Assembly (NCBI GenBank): GCA_051294905.1
Contig: CM119371.1
Coordinates: forward strand, 41,170,001 to 41,234,000
Length of the DNA stretch: 64,000 nucleotides
Direction of reading: 5' to 3'
From: Botryllus schlosseri
Taxonomy: Eukaryota
Positions 25,865 through 39,139 of the stretch are shown here, piece by piece; within the stretch, counting starts at the first letter, position 1, and each line of letters opens with the position of its first letter. Under the pieces are notes generated by a model that worked only from the letters and a program-made list of their open reading frames with translations, had not been told where the DNA came from and did no database searches. The translations under genes and the position numbers were made by a program.

Positions 25865-27368
25865 GATATCCCTGCTTTCAACTTATAGTAAAAAGAGAAC
25901 TCCTGGTGCTTCTTCGGTAGTGGTGAGCGGACTGTGATATTTTTCCGTCTAAGTTCAATCCTGAAAATTTCCAAGTCAGTCCTACTCCCTCCTGTTCCAA
26001 AAATATTTTCAAAATCTCAAGTCCCAATCTAGGCTATAACTGAAAAAAAATAGAAAACAGAGAATAATTAGGCTCTCTGAAATATAACTCTGGTCTGTGA
26101 CAAGATGTATAATTCCAATGTTTGCCTACACTCGAAACTACAGTGGGCCTACATGACTCAGCAACTTTCATTTCACATTTTAGCAACACTATTGTAAATA
26201 ACAAGAGTAGCAAGATGGCTATATCAATACCATAATCATTACATCAGGAGCAATGAGCATGTACCATAAGTTAAATCAATATATAATCATTGTACACAAT
26301 AATTATAAAGCTGCAACACTATGTTTGTAGAGCTTCTTGGAGGTACAGAACTTGAATATACAATTGAATAGTATATTAATATTGAAACGAACAGGAATAT
26401 TTACGGCAGAAACTCGTCAGGGGTTATCGTCCGCAACTAGCAGAGAATTGGAGAGAACATTATATATCAACAATCGTATCACAAAATATGACAGCCAAAT
26501 ATATGTCATCCATTATTTATTAGCATTGTTTTGGCAGGATTTTTCCGGATTCCGAATTGGACATTCACCAGTTGGATTTTTTCGGACTCTGAATTTTCAA
26601 TTGCAAACCGGATCTGGATAGATTCGGATCCCGAAATTTTGGAATCCGACCATCTCTGGTAGACATTGAACAATGTTCACCACGATCACTAATATGTGCT
26701 TCTCATGAACACATCAACATTTATAAACGTCCAAATAATTTGTTTTTCGCTTTAGGATTAGGGTTATTGGGGTTGGGAAGAGGGTATTAGGGTTGGGATA
26801 GAGGGATCTTAGATTTGAGGTGGGGTATGGGTAATTGGGTATAGAGGGTTGGGATAAGGTCATCCCAAGATTATGCTTGGGGGCAATGTTCCCTCTAAGC
26901 TGCGCACGTGCGCAGTGCTGACACGGTCTCTGCGCACAGAATATCACAAGTTGCGCACAAAAAATCTGAAATGATGACTTTTTTATAGTCGTTATGAATT
27001 GTTGTCCAAGTGACTGCGCAGTGAGTTTGTGAGTGTGCGCAGACTCGTCAAAAATTAGAGGGAACGTTGCTTTGGGATGACATATAACAAGCTTGAGAGT
27101 ATTGTGCCCTTCACCGGCTCACCATAAAAGAAACCCTAATTTTGGGATACCCTTATATCTTTGACCCTAACTCACCTTCAACCCCAATACCCCCTACAAA
27201 ACTAATATATTCCACCTCCACCCTAATATCCCATAACCTTAACACCAAATCACCTATAACACAAAAATCCCCAGACCAACCCTAATGTCTCTCCAAGGCA
27301 AAAAACAATTTATTTTAACGTTCATAAATTGCAAAATGTTCATGAGAAACATTTATTGGTGATCACGG

Positions 27369-28362
27369 CAGTGTTGGGATCAAGTCACTACCTTCGAGTC
27401 ACGAGTCATTGCACTTTTTGACTCGAGTCAAGTCAAGTGTCAAGTCACCATTCAAGTCAGAGTTGCCTTTTCGAAGTAGTGGGCATGATAACGTCATCAC
27501 ATTTAGCTAGCTGTCTGAAATACAGATTGAGGGTCATTGACTTTGAACCGATGAATGAATATAGAGTTAATATAGGCCTACACACGTAAGAAGGCGCTGT
27601 ATCTGTCACATATACGTAGAACTGCTAAACCACAGTTTATAGGTATCAGCCAAAATCGAGAACAGATACGAAATGATAGAATACAATACGGTACATTACT
27701 AATTTACAAATCGATATGATACAATTCGAGCCTGCGCCAATGGTCGAGGACTATGTAAACTAGGCTATATTCGAATTCAATTTCAATAAAACAAGAAGTT
27801 TGGTTAAGGTACAGAGATTAATTACTTTACTTCAACTTTACTATACTATACTAGTTTACGACAACATATACTGTAAGCCTCGATCACTTCGTTTGCGGCC
27901 AATTATTTGTAACGGAACAATGGAGGTTCAGTAAAATGCATGATCATTAAATGATTGGTCGCTCTCACGGTTACATGGTTACACTACAATCTCTATAGTT
28001 ATACACCAGCATTTCGCAAACAATCCGAACATATGCAAGATTCATTGATATTGATCTAGACCAGTGGTTCCAAACTTGGGCGATATCGGCCCCCAGGGGG
28101 CGATTTGGCGGTCTAGCAGGGCGGCAGGGGAGCGAAAATTCGGTGTTGACCTAGAAAAGGGGGCGATGGGTCGAATAAAAAGGTTGGGAACCACTGATCT
28201 AGACCGATTACTTGATGACTTGAAATTGACTCGTGAATTTTGCTCCGAGTCAAGAGTCAATCTATAATTCTGATACACCGAGTCAAGTCGAGTCACTTTA
28301 ACAAAGTGACTCGAGTCAAGTCAAGGTAATCGAAAAAGGTGACTCGAGTCATCCCAACACTG
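27369..28362. mobile_element. hAT-type MITE with GAGTCA-rich ends
   Basis: TIRs CAGTGTTGGGAT / ATCCCAACACTG; perfect TSD GATCACGG. Confidence 0.95.
28062..28196. mobile_element. 135-bp MITE, short relative of 31259-31974
   Basis: TIRs CAGTGGTTCC / GGAACCACTG; perfect TSD ATCTAGAC. Confidence 0.9.
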
Positions 28363-28711
28363 GATCACGGTGAACATTGTTCGATATATGCCCTATTCTA
28401 CTGCCCTTAACCGACGAGTATCGACTCAACGGGCAATCATCACTCTTTAGCATGCAAACTCGAGCATTGTCAGCTCTCCTGTATAGTACCATGACCAATC
28501 AACAGTTGAATTCCTTGTCGTGGCTATTTGGTCTCCAACCCCAGAAAAACTCTCAACCATTTGTAGACGGATAACCAAACGGCGTACCGAGCAGGCCGCA
28601 AGAGAGGTGGAACTTGCAATGCAATACTATAAGCCGCGGGACAGGTAGAAGTTCTAATACTAAAGCGCGGACCAAACCTAAACGATGGAAAGCAGAACAG
28701 TGGATTGTGGA

Positions 28712-30184
28712 TTGGGTTGTTCAGATTTGAAAAATTGTCAGGAAATTTCGATGCTTGTGACCCAAATGATGGTTTAGTACATAAAAACACTTATATGATC
28801 AATTTTGGTCATCTTCGTCGTGATCTTCTATCCCCGAAAGGCCCCCAAAGATGCACGGGGCAATTCTCCTTACTGCTTGATCTGTAGTGTTGACCATGTC
28901 ACCGGTTTATAGCTTTGGTGACGTTATCATTCGAAAACGGCCATGCAGAGACGAGATATTGCAATAAAATAGATATGTTTTCAAAATGTTATTTAAATGC
29001 AGTCCTGTAAAGGCCACTTGCATCTCAGTTTTGCTCAGCAAAACCTGTCTGTCATGCTCATGGGAATCATGTATTGGCTGCACCATAGACATCGGTTTGA
29101 TTTGGATCGTACATTGAAGAAGCGCCGTTGGGTTGTAATTCGTGAACGAATACTGATATTCCCAACTAGTTTTCAGCCATAAGGTATTATTCAAAGGTAT
29201 GTAATGTCAGTAATACTCTTCTCAACTTCAAATCATCTGTAAAATACCGAGTTATCTTATTTTATGGTAGACGGCAATTTAGTTGAAGAAAAATGCCTGA
29301 AACAATGCATCAACACAATGTTCAGTGCTTGCCATATAGGTATTATTGTCATATTCCATACGTTGGCAACCTCTTCAACAGTTTGAAGGACACAGTCCTG
29401 CGTTGTGGTAGTTCCGGAGCAATTTTCTTTCAGATATGGCGGATATAGTAGAACCTCATCTAGAGTCGGTTACTTGGAGTGACTAATGCACTCAGATGAA
29501 TATCCGACCGAATAGTGACCAGAATATCAGACCAAATAGTGGGCAGACCTGAATATTGTTTATGGTTGATCCGCAAAACCCATATCCGCTTTGTTTCAGA
29601 CATTCTTCTGCAACTAAATTGCAGTCTACCATAAAATAAGATAACTCGGTATTTTACAGATGATTTGAAGTTTAGAAAAGTATTACTGACATTACATACC
29701 TTTGAATAATATCTTATGGCTGAAAACTAGCTGGGAATATCAGTATTTGTTCACGAATTGCAACCCAACGGCGCTTCTCCAATGTTCGATCGAAATCAAA
29801 CCGATGTCTATGGTGCAACCAATACATGATTCCCATGAGCATGATAGACAGGTTGTACAGAGTGAAATCGATAAGCATGTGGCCTCAATAGGACTGCATT
29901 CAAGTACAATTTTGAAAACATGACTTTTTTATTGCAATATATTATCTCTATACGGCCGTTTTCAACTGATAACGTCACAAAAGCTATAAACCGGTGTCGT
30001 GGTCAACATTACATATCCAGCAGTAAGGAGAATTGCCCCATGGATCTTTGGGGGGTTTTCGGGGATTGAAGATCATGATGAAGATGACCAAAATTGCTCA
30101 TAAAAGTGTTTTTATGTACTAAACCGTCATTTTGGTCACAAGCATTGAAGTTTCCTGACAATTTTTCAAATCTGAACAACCCTA
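28712..30184. mobile_element. Foldback element with ~600-bp inverted arms
   Basis: 28712-29310 is the reverse complement of ~29590-30184 (mirrored ORFs 28907-29194 and 29702-29923); flanked by TGTGGA direct repeat. Confidence 0.9.
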
Positions 30185-31258
30185 TGTGGAACTTGTATAC
30201 TAAACAACGGAACTATGAACAGACCGGACCAAGACGCAAAAGAGCGGACCGAGAAACATACGGAACTCGCAATATTAAACGGCGAAATTGGGGACAACCA
30301 CATAATGCACAGTGAAAACGTCGGCCTGTGTAGCGACTACAAGGCTAATACGTAACGATAGATTACTCGTGCACAAAATGAACTGTGCATCAACACTTAA
30401 CAGAGTTTAAAAGAACAATACTAGTCAGCCGTCTAGTTTACCGGACCTCAACCTGACATATCGATCTCGCCTTCAGAGACATGCCACCTCTGTTTGTCGC
30501 CTGTCCGCTTATATCGATCTTCTTCTGCTTTTCATTCAGTGTGGATGCCTCCTTTTTTACATCATCTAGGCCAGGTGGGTGTCTGATTTGGAAGACTACT
30601 CCAAAAGTCGTTTCGGCAACTTCCTATCTTTCATTGTATCGCAGTCTTTGTGGTATATTGAAATGATGAAATTGTTACGTTTTTCGTGTGTATGAATTCA
30701 AATCACATGTATCAGCATCGGTATCAGTTTATTATTATTTTCATCATTTTCAAACATCAAATTTAATGAGTGTGTATCTTGTGTGTTTCCTCCAGGGACC
30801 TCTTGAGACTAGGTTAGGGTTCCGGGGAATACCGTTATGAACCATTGTACAAAGGAAATTGCACTCATTTTGGCGCCGTGGATATACTCAGCTATCGCAG
30901 CTCCTGCAGCTATCGCATCTATCTATAGATAACTAACCTACGGATAGATGGGCAGCACGAGAGTCACGGTCGAGTGATGCGACAACGGCAGATTTGTTGT
31001 CGCTTCATAGCATGAAACGGGAGCGTAATTGCTAATCCCATAGATGACGACCCGAGCGCTCAAATTAAATAAAGTTGATATTATTTGAAAGCTACAGTCG
31101 CGCTGATTCTGATTATATACATTAAATTTTCATCAAGGCAATGGAACCACCCCGAAATAGCCTTCAAAATATGAAAATCCGCATTGTTCTAAAACAATTG
31201 CAACGGCGCAGCACAATGGCCATAACTACGGTCCGTTCGTGGTTGCGATTGTTTAGAA

Positions 31259-31974
31259 CAGTGGTTCCCAACGTGGGCGATATCGCCCCCCAGGGGGCGA
31301 TTAGGCGTTCTATGGGGGCGAAAATAACGAATAGGGCGATAGGGGGGCGAAAACGGACGAAGGGGGCGAAAACAACGAAGGGGGCGATGGCACATTAAAA
31401 CGGCTATATGGAGTCAGGACCGAAGATCTTTAATTATTATTTAGGGATTTTACTTTTCCAACACACCACACTCAGCTCTACCGGTAAATCTGATTACGTG
31501 AGCAGAGAGAGGATAAAAATTGATAGCAATATATATGCAATTTCCGACTATATTGACTGATTTAAACATGAATTATATAATTTGTCGCGCTTCGCGCGTT
31601 TAGGCGCAATACGGTAGCTCACCAAACAATACATGAAATAGGGTATATAGCTGATATGTAGCGATGTAGCGACAAAAAGCCCACTGGCTGAAGGGGGTCT
31701 GGGGTTTGATTTATCCCCCTATGGCGGTCCAAGACCAACGTTTGGGTGGGGGCGACGAAGTACTGTTACTGTCCTGATTCGAGTCAAGTTGGAGAAATGA
31801 CTCACAAAAATTGAGCTGTAAAAGTGTAATTTCGAGGTCGAGCCGAAAAGTTGACCTTATTTTTTATCAGTCCCAGTTTGTATACCCATTTTTCGGTTCC
31901 CAATATTTGGGGGGCGATGATCGGTTTGGAGCTTCAAAAGGGGGCGATGAGTCGAAAAAGGTTGGGAACCACTG
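31259..31974. mobile_element. hAT-type MITE with GGGGGCGA repeats
   Basis: TIRs CAGTGGTTCCCAAC / GTTGGGAACCACTG; perfect TSD GTTTAGAA. Confidence 0.95.
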
Positions 31975-33629
31975 GTTTAGAACAATGCCGATTTTCATAT
32001 TTTGAAAAATGGGGTGGCATGTCATGGAAGGCGAGATCGATAGGTCAGTCGTGGTCCGGTAAGCTTGGGGATGGACTAGTATTCATTTAGTAGTAATAAA
32101 TTGCTTGTATTTCGACTTGAATGTGGACATGCTCGTCGACTGTCGGATAGCCGGTGGGATACTGTTCCACACATCAGGTCCGGCACATTGGACGGAGCGA
32201 TGATCTTTTCGGTCGATCATCCCAGCAAACACAAAACCGTAAAAGGATCATCCGGGATCATCTCGATTAGGTTCTGATTTTCTAAGTGTCGAGGGAATGT
32301 CTAAAATACGTAGTAGGATGGTCTTGTGGTTATATTCAATCAGAATAAATTCATACTCGGTGTTGTTCCATCTCATGCATTAGACTTCGTTATATCCGGT
32401 AGTTAACCTAATAATGCAAATTTTCTATCTCTCGCGGGTACGACTAAAATACGTAGAAAGGATGACTTTGTCGGTACATTCAATCACGATGAATTCTGTC
32501 CGGTTTTGTTCGATCTCATGCGGTAGCTTCGTTCTATCCATTAGAAAACAATGTTCTCCCTTCGTTTTATTGCGTGAGGATGTCACCGGTGTTGTATATT
32601 CGTGTTGTTGCTCTAAGGTCGAATAGTTTTGTTTTCCTCTGATATATATGATCTTCATTATATATATATTCGCTCTTTCGGTAATCTCGCATGTTCAACT
32701 AGAATGGTCAATAGTTTTATTCAGAGAATAACTAAATAAAAGTGATATGTTGTACGTTTAGGAATATGATTATCGATGCGTGACTTCTAGAATATTTCGG
32801 CGATTCAAATTTTACGTCATCGCGCCATACAAAGATTTGACGCGCAACAGGTCGCAGCCAGGCATAGTTCGCTCTTTCTGTATGGTAAATGCCGTAAATA
32901 TATAGGAATTGTGACTGACTGAGGTAGCGGGTTAAAGGTATATATGCAGTAGCATATAGCTTATGGGGTATTTCGAATTGCCTGTAGTATATGACGTCTA
33001 GAGCTGTTTGACTTTCTGCAAAACAGGTGTAGACAACTATAGAAAAGTTTCAGCTTTTCCAGGTTAGAATTAGAGCTAAACCGTTTTTCCGAATTAGATT
33101 ACAATTATATTGCTGGCATTTTGCTCTAATTTAGTGAAATTAGACCACTATAATTCGCTTCAAACATCTGAATTACCGGTAACTATACCTACGGTATATC
33201 ATAATATTTATGCTTGAATTTTCTAGGTATATAAGTCATATAGATACATTCCTGTAGAACACTGATTCATGATTTTATAAAAGTTGGTGCAAGAATGGAC
33301 ATTTTCAACTTGATGTTGATTAATGGAGCAAAATTTGATATTTGAGTGCAATTATACCTCGAATCCAGTGACAAGATTATTAATCGTTGAAACCAAACGC
33401 AGCTTGATTATGTTGGCCCAGAGAATTTGGCTAGCCAGACCATATTGATGGAATATGGTCACAGTAAGATAATATTTTGGGGTATTTTACATGAACTTTC
33501 CAACATTTGATTTGATATGTCCACTAAAACAGTTGTTATTCTGCTTTCGAACAAGACCTTAATTGCTGGTTTCAATGGTAACTGTGTTTGTCAAAGGCTG
33601 CAAAGGTAATTTCTTTTCCATGTTAGATG

Positions 33630-34803
33630 TTTATTTGTTTGTTTGTGGTGTTCATGGTGGTGGTTCGACTACACTGGTCATTTTACACCAGGCCGGTTCT
33701 TCTTCTTATTATTCCGTATCTGCCCGATTACCAGTGAACTCGGCACTTGGTGAATTCGGCCGCACAAACTCGGCACTTGATGAATTCGGCCGTGGTAGAT
33801 CTCGTAGCGGTACCGGTCACCATGATTGGTTACTGGAATGTTTGCCGGTGAACTTGGCACCTTGAGTGGTTGTCAATGTTGTACGGGGGTCAGGGCATGC
33901 GTAGATCACACAGTCACGGCGTGATTAGATCACAGATTGCGTAATTGCGGGAAATAACGCGACGCTCTTCACTTGGTGAACTCGGCCCTTGGAGGAATTG
34001 GCACTAGAACACCTTCGCATTAGAAATGCATTTAGTATGAATGAACAGTATCAAAAAGGAAATTTAAACGTGTCGTGGCTCGTGGTAGATCTCGTAATCT
34101 TGGGATCCTTCAACCGTGTTATCGAGACACCCTAATCCCAGAGTGGAATCGTCTCTCCAAAGGCAAAAAATAATTTATTTTGACGTGATCATGCGAAACA
34201 TTTGTTGATGAGGAACACTGGCTTGTCGTGATCGATAAACGAAGAAGCGCCGCTTGATGTTCCACAGTTTTGATCTCACATACAACGCCAAGATCCATCT
34301 TCTCAAAACTTACACGACACAGGCCCGTGACTCATGCCATCGATTCCAAGCAGACCGCGCGTGGTCGGTATATGAGCGCTGTGTTATTTCCCGTGGCTAC
34401 GCAATCCGTGATCTAATCACGCCGTGACTGCGCGATCTACGGATGCCCTGACCTCCTTACAAGATTGACGAATCATTTGATAATACTATTATTAGTTTGA
34501 TAATTCATATTAATAGCTGTAAATACACTTCATTTCAAAATTTCCCGAGGGCCGAATTCACCAAGTGCCGAGTTTGTGCGGCCGAATTCACCAAGTGCCG
34601 GGTGCATCGGCAACCATCTGCCCACTTACAGCACGGCCCACTCCTAGGCTTTTTAAGACATGGCTATGCGAATCAGATGGCGAGGAGGAGCCTAGATAAA
34701 CGGCCAACACTTCGGTAGGAATTATGGAGTCGACGTGTCACGCTCGAACCCGCAATTCATTGGTGTTTAGCTATAATGGAACGTACCACTACGTTTCCTC
34801 GCC
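33630..34803 (-). mobile_element. tRNA-derived SINE, full length, split by an inverted-repeat element (~33732-34612)
   Basis: Head with A-box-like GTAGTGG and B-box GGTTCGAG; body matches copies at 22044, 46120, 47673, 53732; (AAAC)n tail. Confidence 0.75.
33732..34612. mobile_element. Inverted-repeat element with CGGCACTTGGTGAATTCGGCC modules; relative at ~47427-47670
   Basis: Terminal modules are reverse complements; second internal inverted pair ~33870-33960 / 34380-34470. Confidence 0.75.
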
Positions 34804-35239
34804 ATACCTTGTAAAATGAGACCGTAGCATTTGGCATTTCGTGTGGCAATTGACTTTTGTGTGGAAAATTGTGTTCGTTTTAGAACTTATCCGAAACTTT
34901 TATTCCGCCATAGATTGTATATGATAAAACGATATCGGAATTGATCCTAGGAGAATTCCAAAGCAACTCACCACAAAGGAGGATTTAAAGAAGTTTGATG
35001 GAAAATTGAATGAAAGCAAAAGCAAGAGATGTGGTATGTTGAATCTGTTTTGGTATTTTTAAATAGGCCTACTTTGTTGTGCCGATAGCAGACGGTATAT
35101 ATAAACGTAAGATGTGGAAGCTATCAAGGTGTTTTTAGAAATTCAGTCAGTCAAAGTGGACGATCGTATTGCTTGGATTATATTTAGGCTTATTTTAGCA
35201 TCTTTAAATGCAACTCTAAACGTGGACGGTCATGAACAG

Positions 35240-35903
35240 TAGGGCTCTTCAAAAATGACTTTTTTTCTCAAATCGTACTGGCTACTTGATAAAATTGTTA
35301 GGTTACCTAATTTAAGCCTACAAACAAAATATGGTTCATCCAGCCAGTATCCGCTTTGCTACAAGAGAAGAAAGTTCCTATTTATTATATAAAAATGAAT
35401 AATAAAAAATTTGAAGATTTTCTGTTCACCCCATGAAAGTGTTAGGCTGTCTATAGAAACGATGCTCACCAAATTTGGTTCAATTCCAACCAGTGGAAGC
35501 GGAGTTATTGCTGTCGAAAAATTTGGATTTTAATAAAATAGTACTTACGGTGAGCACAACTTTAATAAGTAAACAAAGAATCGGTCACCGTAAATACTAT
35601 TTTATTCAAATCCAAATTTTTCGACGGCTATATCTCCGCTTCCACTGGTTGGAATTGAACCAAATTTGGTGAGCATCGTTTCTATAGACAGCCTAACACT
35701 TTCATGGGGTGAACAGAAAATTTTCAAATTTTTATTACCTATTCATTTTTATGTAATAAATAGAAACTTTCTTCTCCTGTAGCAAAGCGGTTACTGGCTG
35801 GAATTGAACCAAATTTTGTGTTTAGGCTTAAATTAGGTAACCTAACAATTTTATCAAGTAGCCAGAACGATTTGAGAAAAAAAGTCATATTTTAAGAGCC
35901 CTA
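35240..35903. mobile_element. Near-perfect palindromic foldback element; half copy at 44362-44716
   Basis: Arms 35240-35553 and 35585-35903, 31-bp spacer; ends TAGGGCTCTT / AAGAGCCCTA. Confidence 0.9.
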
Positions 35904-38900
35904 ATGTCCATGTCAGGGAAACGTTTTAGGGTAGGCCTACTCATATGTCTCGCAGCGTTCTCTACATAATTGTCAATTGCGATACAAACTGTTTGCTTGT
36001 ATTGGTAAAGCCATCCAACTTCGAATTGTAAAATGTTGGGAGTCTTGATATCAAATTTTTGAAAGGTGCACTTTGAGAAGATTTTGGAATCTGTCAAATT
36101 ATACAAAAATTTAGCAAATTCTTTGACATATTTCATCTATTTGGGACTCGATCAACGTAAAAGAATTAGTAATCATTTTATACAATATATTGTATTTGTA
36201 GTTGAAGTATAGTAATAATTCTTATGGTTACCGCACTTGTAACGATTCACGGCCATAACTGGAATAATTAGAATGATGTAACTTTCAAATTGTCATGCAT
36301 TTTGCAACAACATTGTTCTCAATTTTCAAGGTGCTGACCATTCGAGGAAGAATCACCCACCGGGAATTCACGATCCGTAAACGCGGCCAACTGTTTCTCT
36401 CCTCAAGCGGAAGCGACAGAGAAGAGGAACGAAGAGAAAAAAGGAGCAGAAATAGCAAGAGTGTGACAAGTCGCGTCCGTTCGCTTTAATGCGTATTTCC
36501 ATCCGCGAAGTAGTAGGTGGGAAAACTAATGGGCGTTTGGTTAGCGCTTATATAAGGTTGACTCCAGCGCTGTATTTGCTAAATGTTGCTATGAAATAGG
36601 GGTGGTGTCATTCGGTATCAATATTGACTATTGAAAGACCATTTGTTAGTGGTCATGGATTTGTTCGGCCAGTATGCAGTAATTTCTGATGGTCACTTCC
36701 TGGGCTTCTGTTCTCTAACCCCTCATGATTGTTATTCTGCTTCTAGTAAGACTGTCGATTCTAATGTTTATCGTATCATTTGTCGGAGGTTTCGCTCGCT
36801 TTATTTACAACGTTTTGCTCTCTGCTAGGTCAATTACTGGCTGAGTATCACTACAGCCTAAGAAACTGCACTAATTCTCATTTTAATGTCTTGCTGGTTA
36901 TCTTGCTGTCAATTCTAATAATTTATTAATGTATATACCAGTGCCGCCACTCAAATGTTTTGTTCTCTGTACACAATATTATTAGGTCTTCAGCTTTCCA
37001 TGCAGAGTATCATTACACTTTCTAGACTTGAGCATATATCTCTCCAACTAGCTGCCAAATAACTGATTCATTTGGATTGTTGAATTGATCATTTTGGACA
37101 GAATGTGAAGAAATTTTAGTCAAGAATTCTTTTTGTGTTAGTGGCTGTTTTCAAAGAGTGCTGAAGTAGTCATCGTTGATCTTGATAATCAAGTAGAAGT
37201 GACGATTGAAGTCAGTTCTCTAGTCATATAATATTAAAAAATATAATAATAAAACTTGAAAACTTGAGTGGAAATAGTTCAGAATCGAATCCATTTTAGT
37301 AAGTATGGGCGAAAAAAATGTAGGAGTCATTCGTTAGTCGCTACCTCTGCCATTTTCGCAGTACGAATGTCTTAGCTATCAATCATCATTTTCATTTTAT
37401 TTCTGCAGGGTGTTGAAAAGAAAAGGCCGCATGCTGGTTATTTAACTGGCTCATCAGAAGATGAAACCTGATGATAAGGACTGTTTTCACTTTCTTTCTG
37501 AAGACATTCGTTCGTTTGTTCGTTTTATTTTTTACAACGGCATTATTGCCAATTCGGTTGAAATTAAATTATCACAAATGTGATTAATATGTAGTAAATA
37601 ATGTGGTGTGTGTACGCAGCCGTGATCAGGTTAAGCCCATAGTGGTAGAAAACAGGTTATTATATCAGGATCTTCTTCTTCTAACGTAGGATCTACATTC
37701 TACTCACCATGTTTAAAGGCTGTAGCATCTGCATAATATTTACATTATTGAAGGACATGGAAAAGACGTTGAATCGAGTCGACACAAAATCCCCCTTTCT
37801 ACGACCTGCCAAGATCTAATATCTACTACATCGGCTCGACTTTTCTACATCTTTGGTCTGTACTGTGTTTGCTGGGATATGATAGGCCTATTTGGACGAC
37901 GTGGACGCGCGTGTGTTGTACTTGTGCGCTTTTGATTCCGAGGTAAAAAAGTCATTGAAATATTTGGGGCAACGACCGCAGTGGAACTGATACATAAACT
38001 TGGCGATTTCTAGTTTTCGCATATCTTCTATGTTTAGGACACCGAATCTCTTCAGCAGCGACTTGTTGGATGGACCAACAGGCTTCTATGGGGCTCTAGC
38101 TATGATACGGAGTACCTTATGTTATAGTTTTTGCAGTGGCTCGAGTGCAGTTTTATTGCCAGCCCCCCAACAAAGGATGCCATATTGTAACTTCGATTGG
38201 ATTAGGGATTTAAAGAGTATCAGAAGAACCCAGGCTGGCATGAAGCGTCCAAGGCTGTAGAACAGGCCGCAAGTCGGTGATAATTTAGGGTAGAGAGAGA
38301 CTGAATATGACTCTTCCAGGACATGTCCGAGTCCAATAAAACCCCGAGATATTTGTCATTATCTGTGTTGGAAACGGGCTGACCAGCCACGTTAACGGTT
38401 AGGTTATTTTTTTAATTTCTCATTAATATATACCTATTACCCAAGGAACAGCTCTTGGTTTCAAATAGGTTGTTGGAAATTGAGATATAGTCTTCAGGGG
38501 TAGTGATGAATATAAGTTGAGCTTAACAAGGTGTGTTGAGTCAAAAAAGTATGGGAACAATCGGTTTACCGTATTCCAAACTTAAGCATATCCATGAACA
38601 AATGCAGTGTACTCTTGAGATGGCGATTTCCCCACCTTACAGTCAAAAAACCAAAATGAAATGGAATGGAAAATTTTCTTTGTAACCAGCTTTCATATGA
38701 TACCCTACTCGCTGGAATATACTTATAAGGTTTTGCTCAATTCGCATTCTAATTTGTGTAACGCTTGACCGATTTCAGACCATCGACCAAGTTTCGCCTC
38801 AATTTAACCTTTAACACTACACCGCATGGCATTCAATACCACATGAGAATATAGACCAATATACTAGCTACTCAGAAAACCCAGTGCCAAATCTCAACTG

Positions 38901-39139
38901 TAATCCAACATTTGTTTACACCTTTTTGAATTTTACATTGATAAACCTGAATGCTGCAGAGCTGACATGAGCAAAAAATCGTCAATTTTTCAAAATGACA
39001 TAACTTTTGACCCCGGGGATCAATTTTCCTCAAATAAACTTTATTGTGTTCGAAATTAACTCATCTATGCATGTACCAAATTTCAGAAGATTTGGGAATG
39101 TGGTGGTTCCAACTTTTGTTGTCCAGGTTGGGAATGGCC

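Larger units (their letters stand above)
26665..28385. mobile_element. Inverted-repeat element with GGG/CCC-tract interior, hosting nested MITEs (26884-27069; 27369-28362)
   Basis: Left arm GAACAATGTTCACCACGATCAC...TCTCATGAAC mirrors right arm GTTCATGAGA...GTGATCACGG|TGAACATTGTTC once the 27369 insertion is removed. Confidence 0.7.
32221..37876. mobile_element. 5.66-kb DNA transposon derivative, CMC/EnSpm-like ends
   Basis: TIRs CCCAGCAAACACA / TGTGTTTGCTGGG; 2-bp TSD AT; ~100-bp subterminal direct repeat (32300-32400, 32443-32540); excision restores LINE reading frame. Superfamily is inferred from end type. Confidence 0.8.
32010..38410 (-). mobile_element. 5'-truncated, decayed L2/Crack-like LINE (RT-downstream C-terminus plus 3'UTR), in two pieces: 37877-38410 and 32010-32220
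   Basis: Manual minus-strand translation gives KYLGVLLDSDMSWKSHI...LQYGILCWG...HKYNTR...GPDVWNSIPPAIRQSTSMSTFKSKYK, with internal stops; typical of CR1/L2-group ORF2 ends. Confidence 0.85.

Noticed and set aside
35549..35584. Palindrome spacer resembling a dif site or an RSS
   Set aside because: Only partial similarity, and the second half is not conserved in the 44362 copy.
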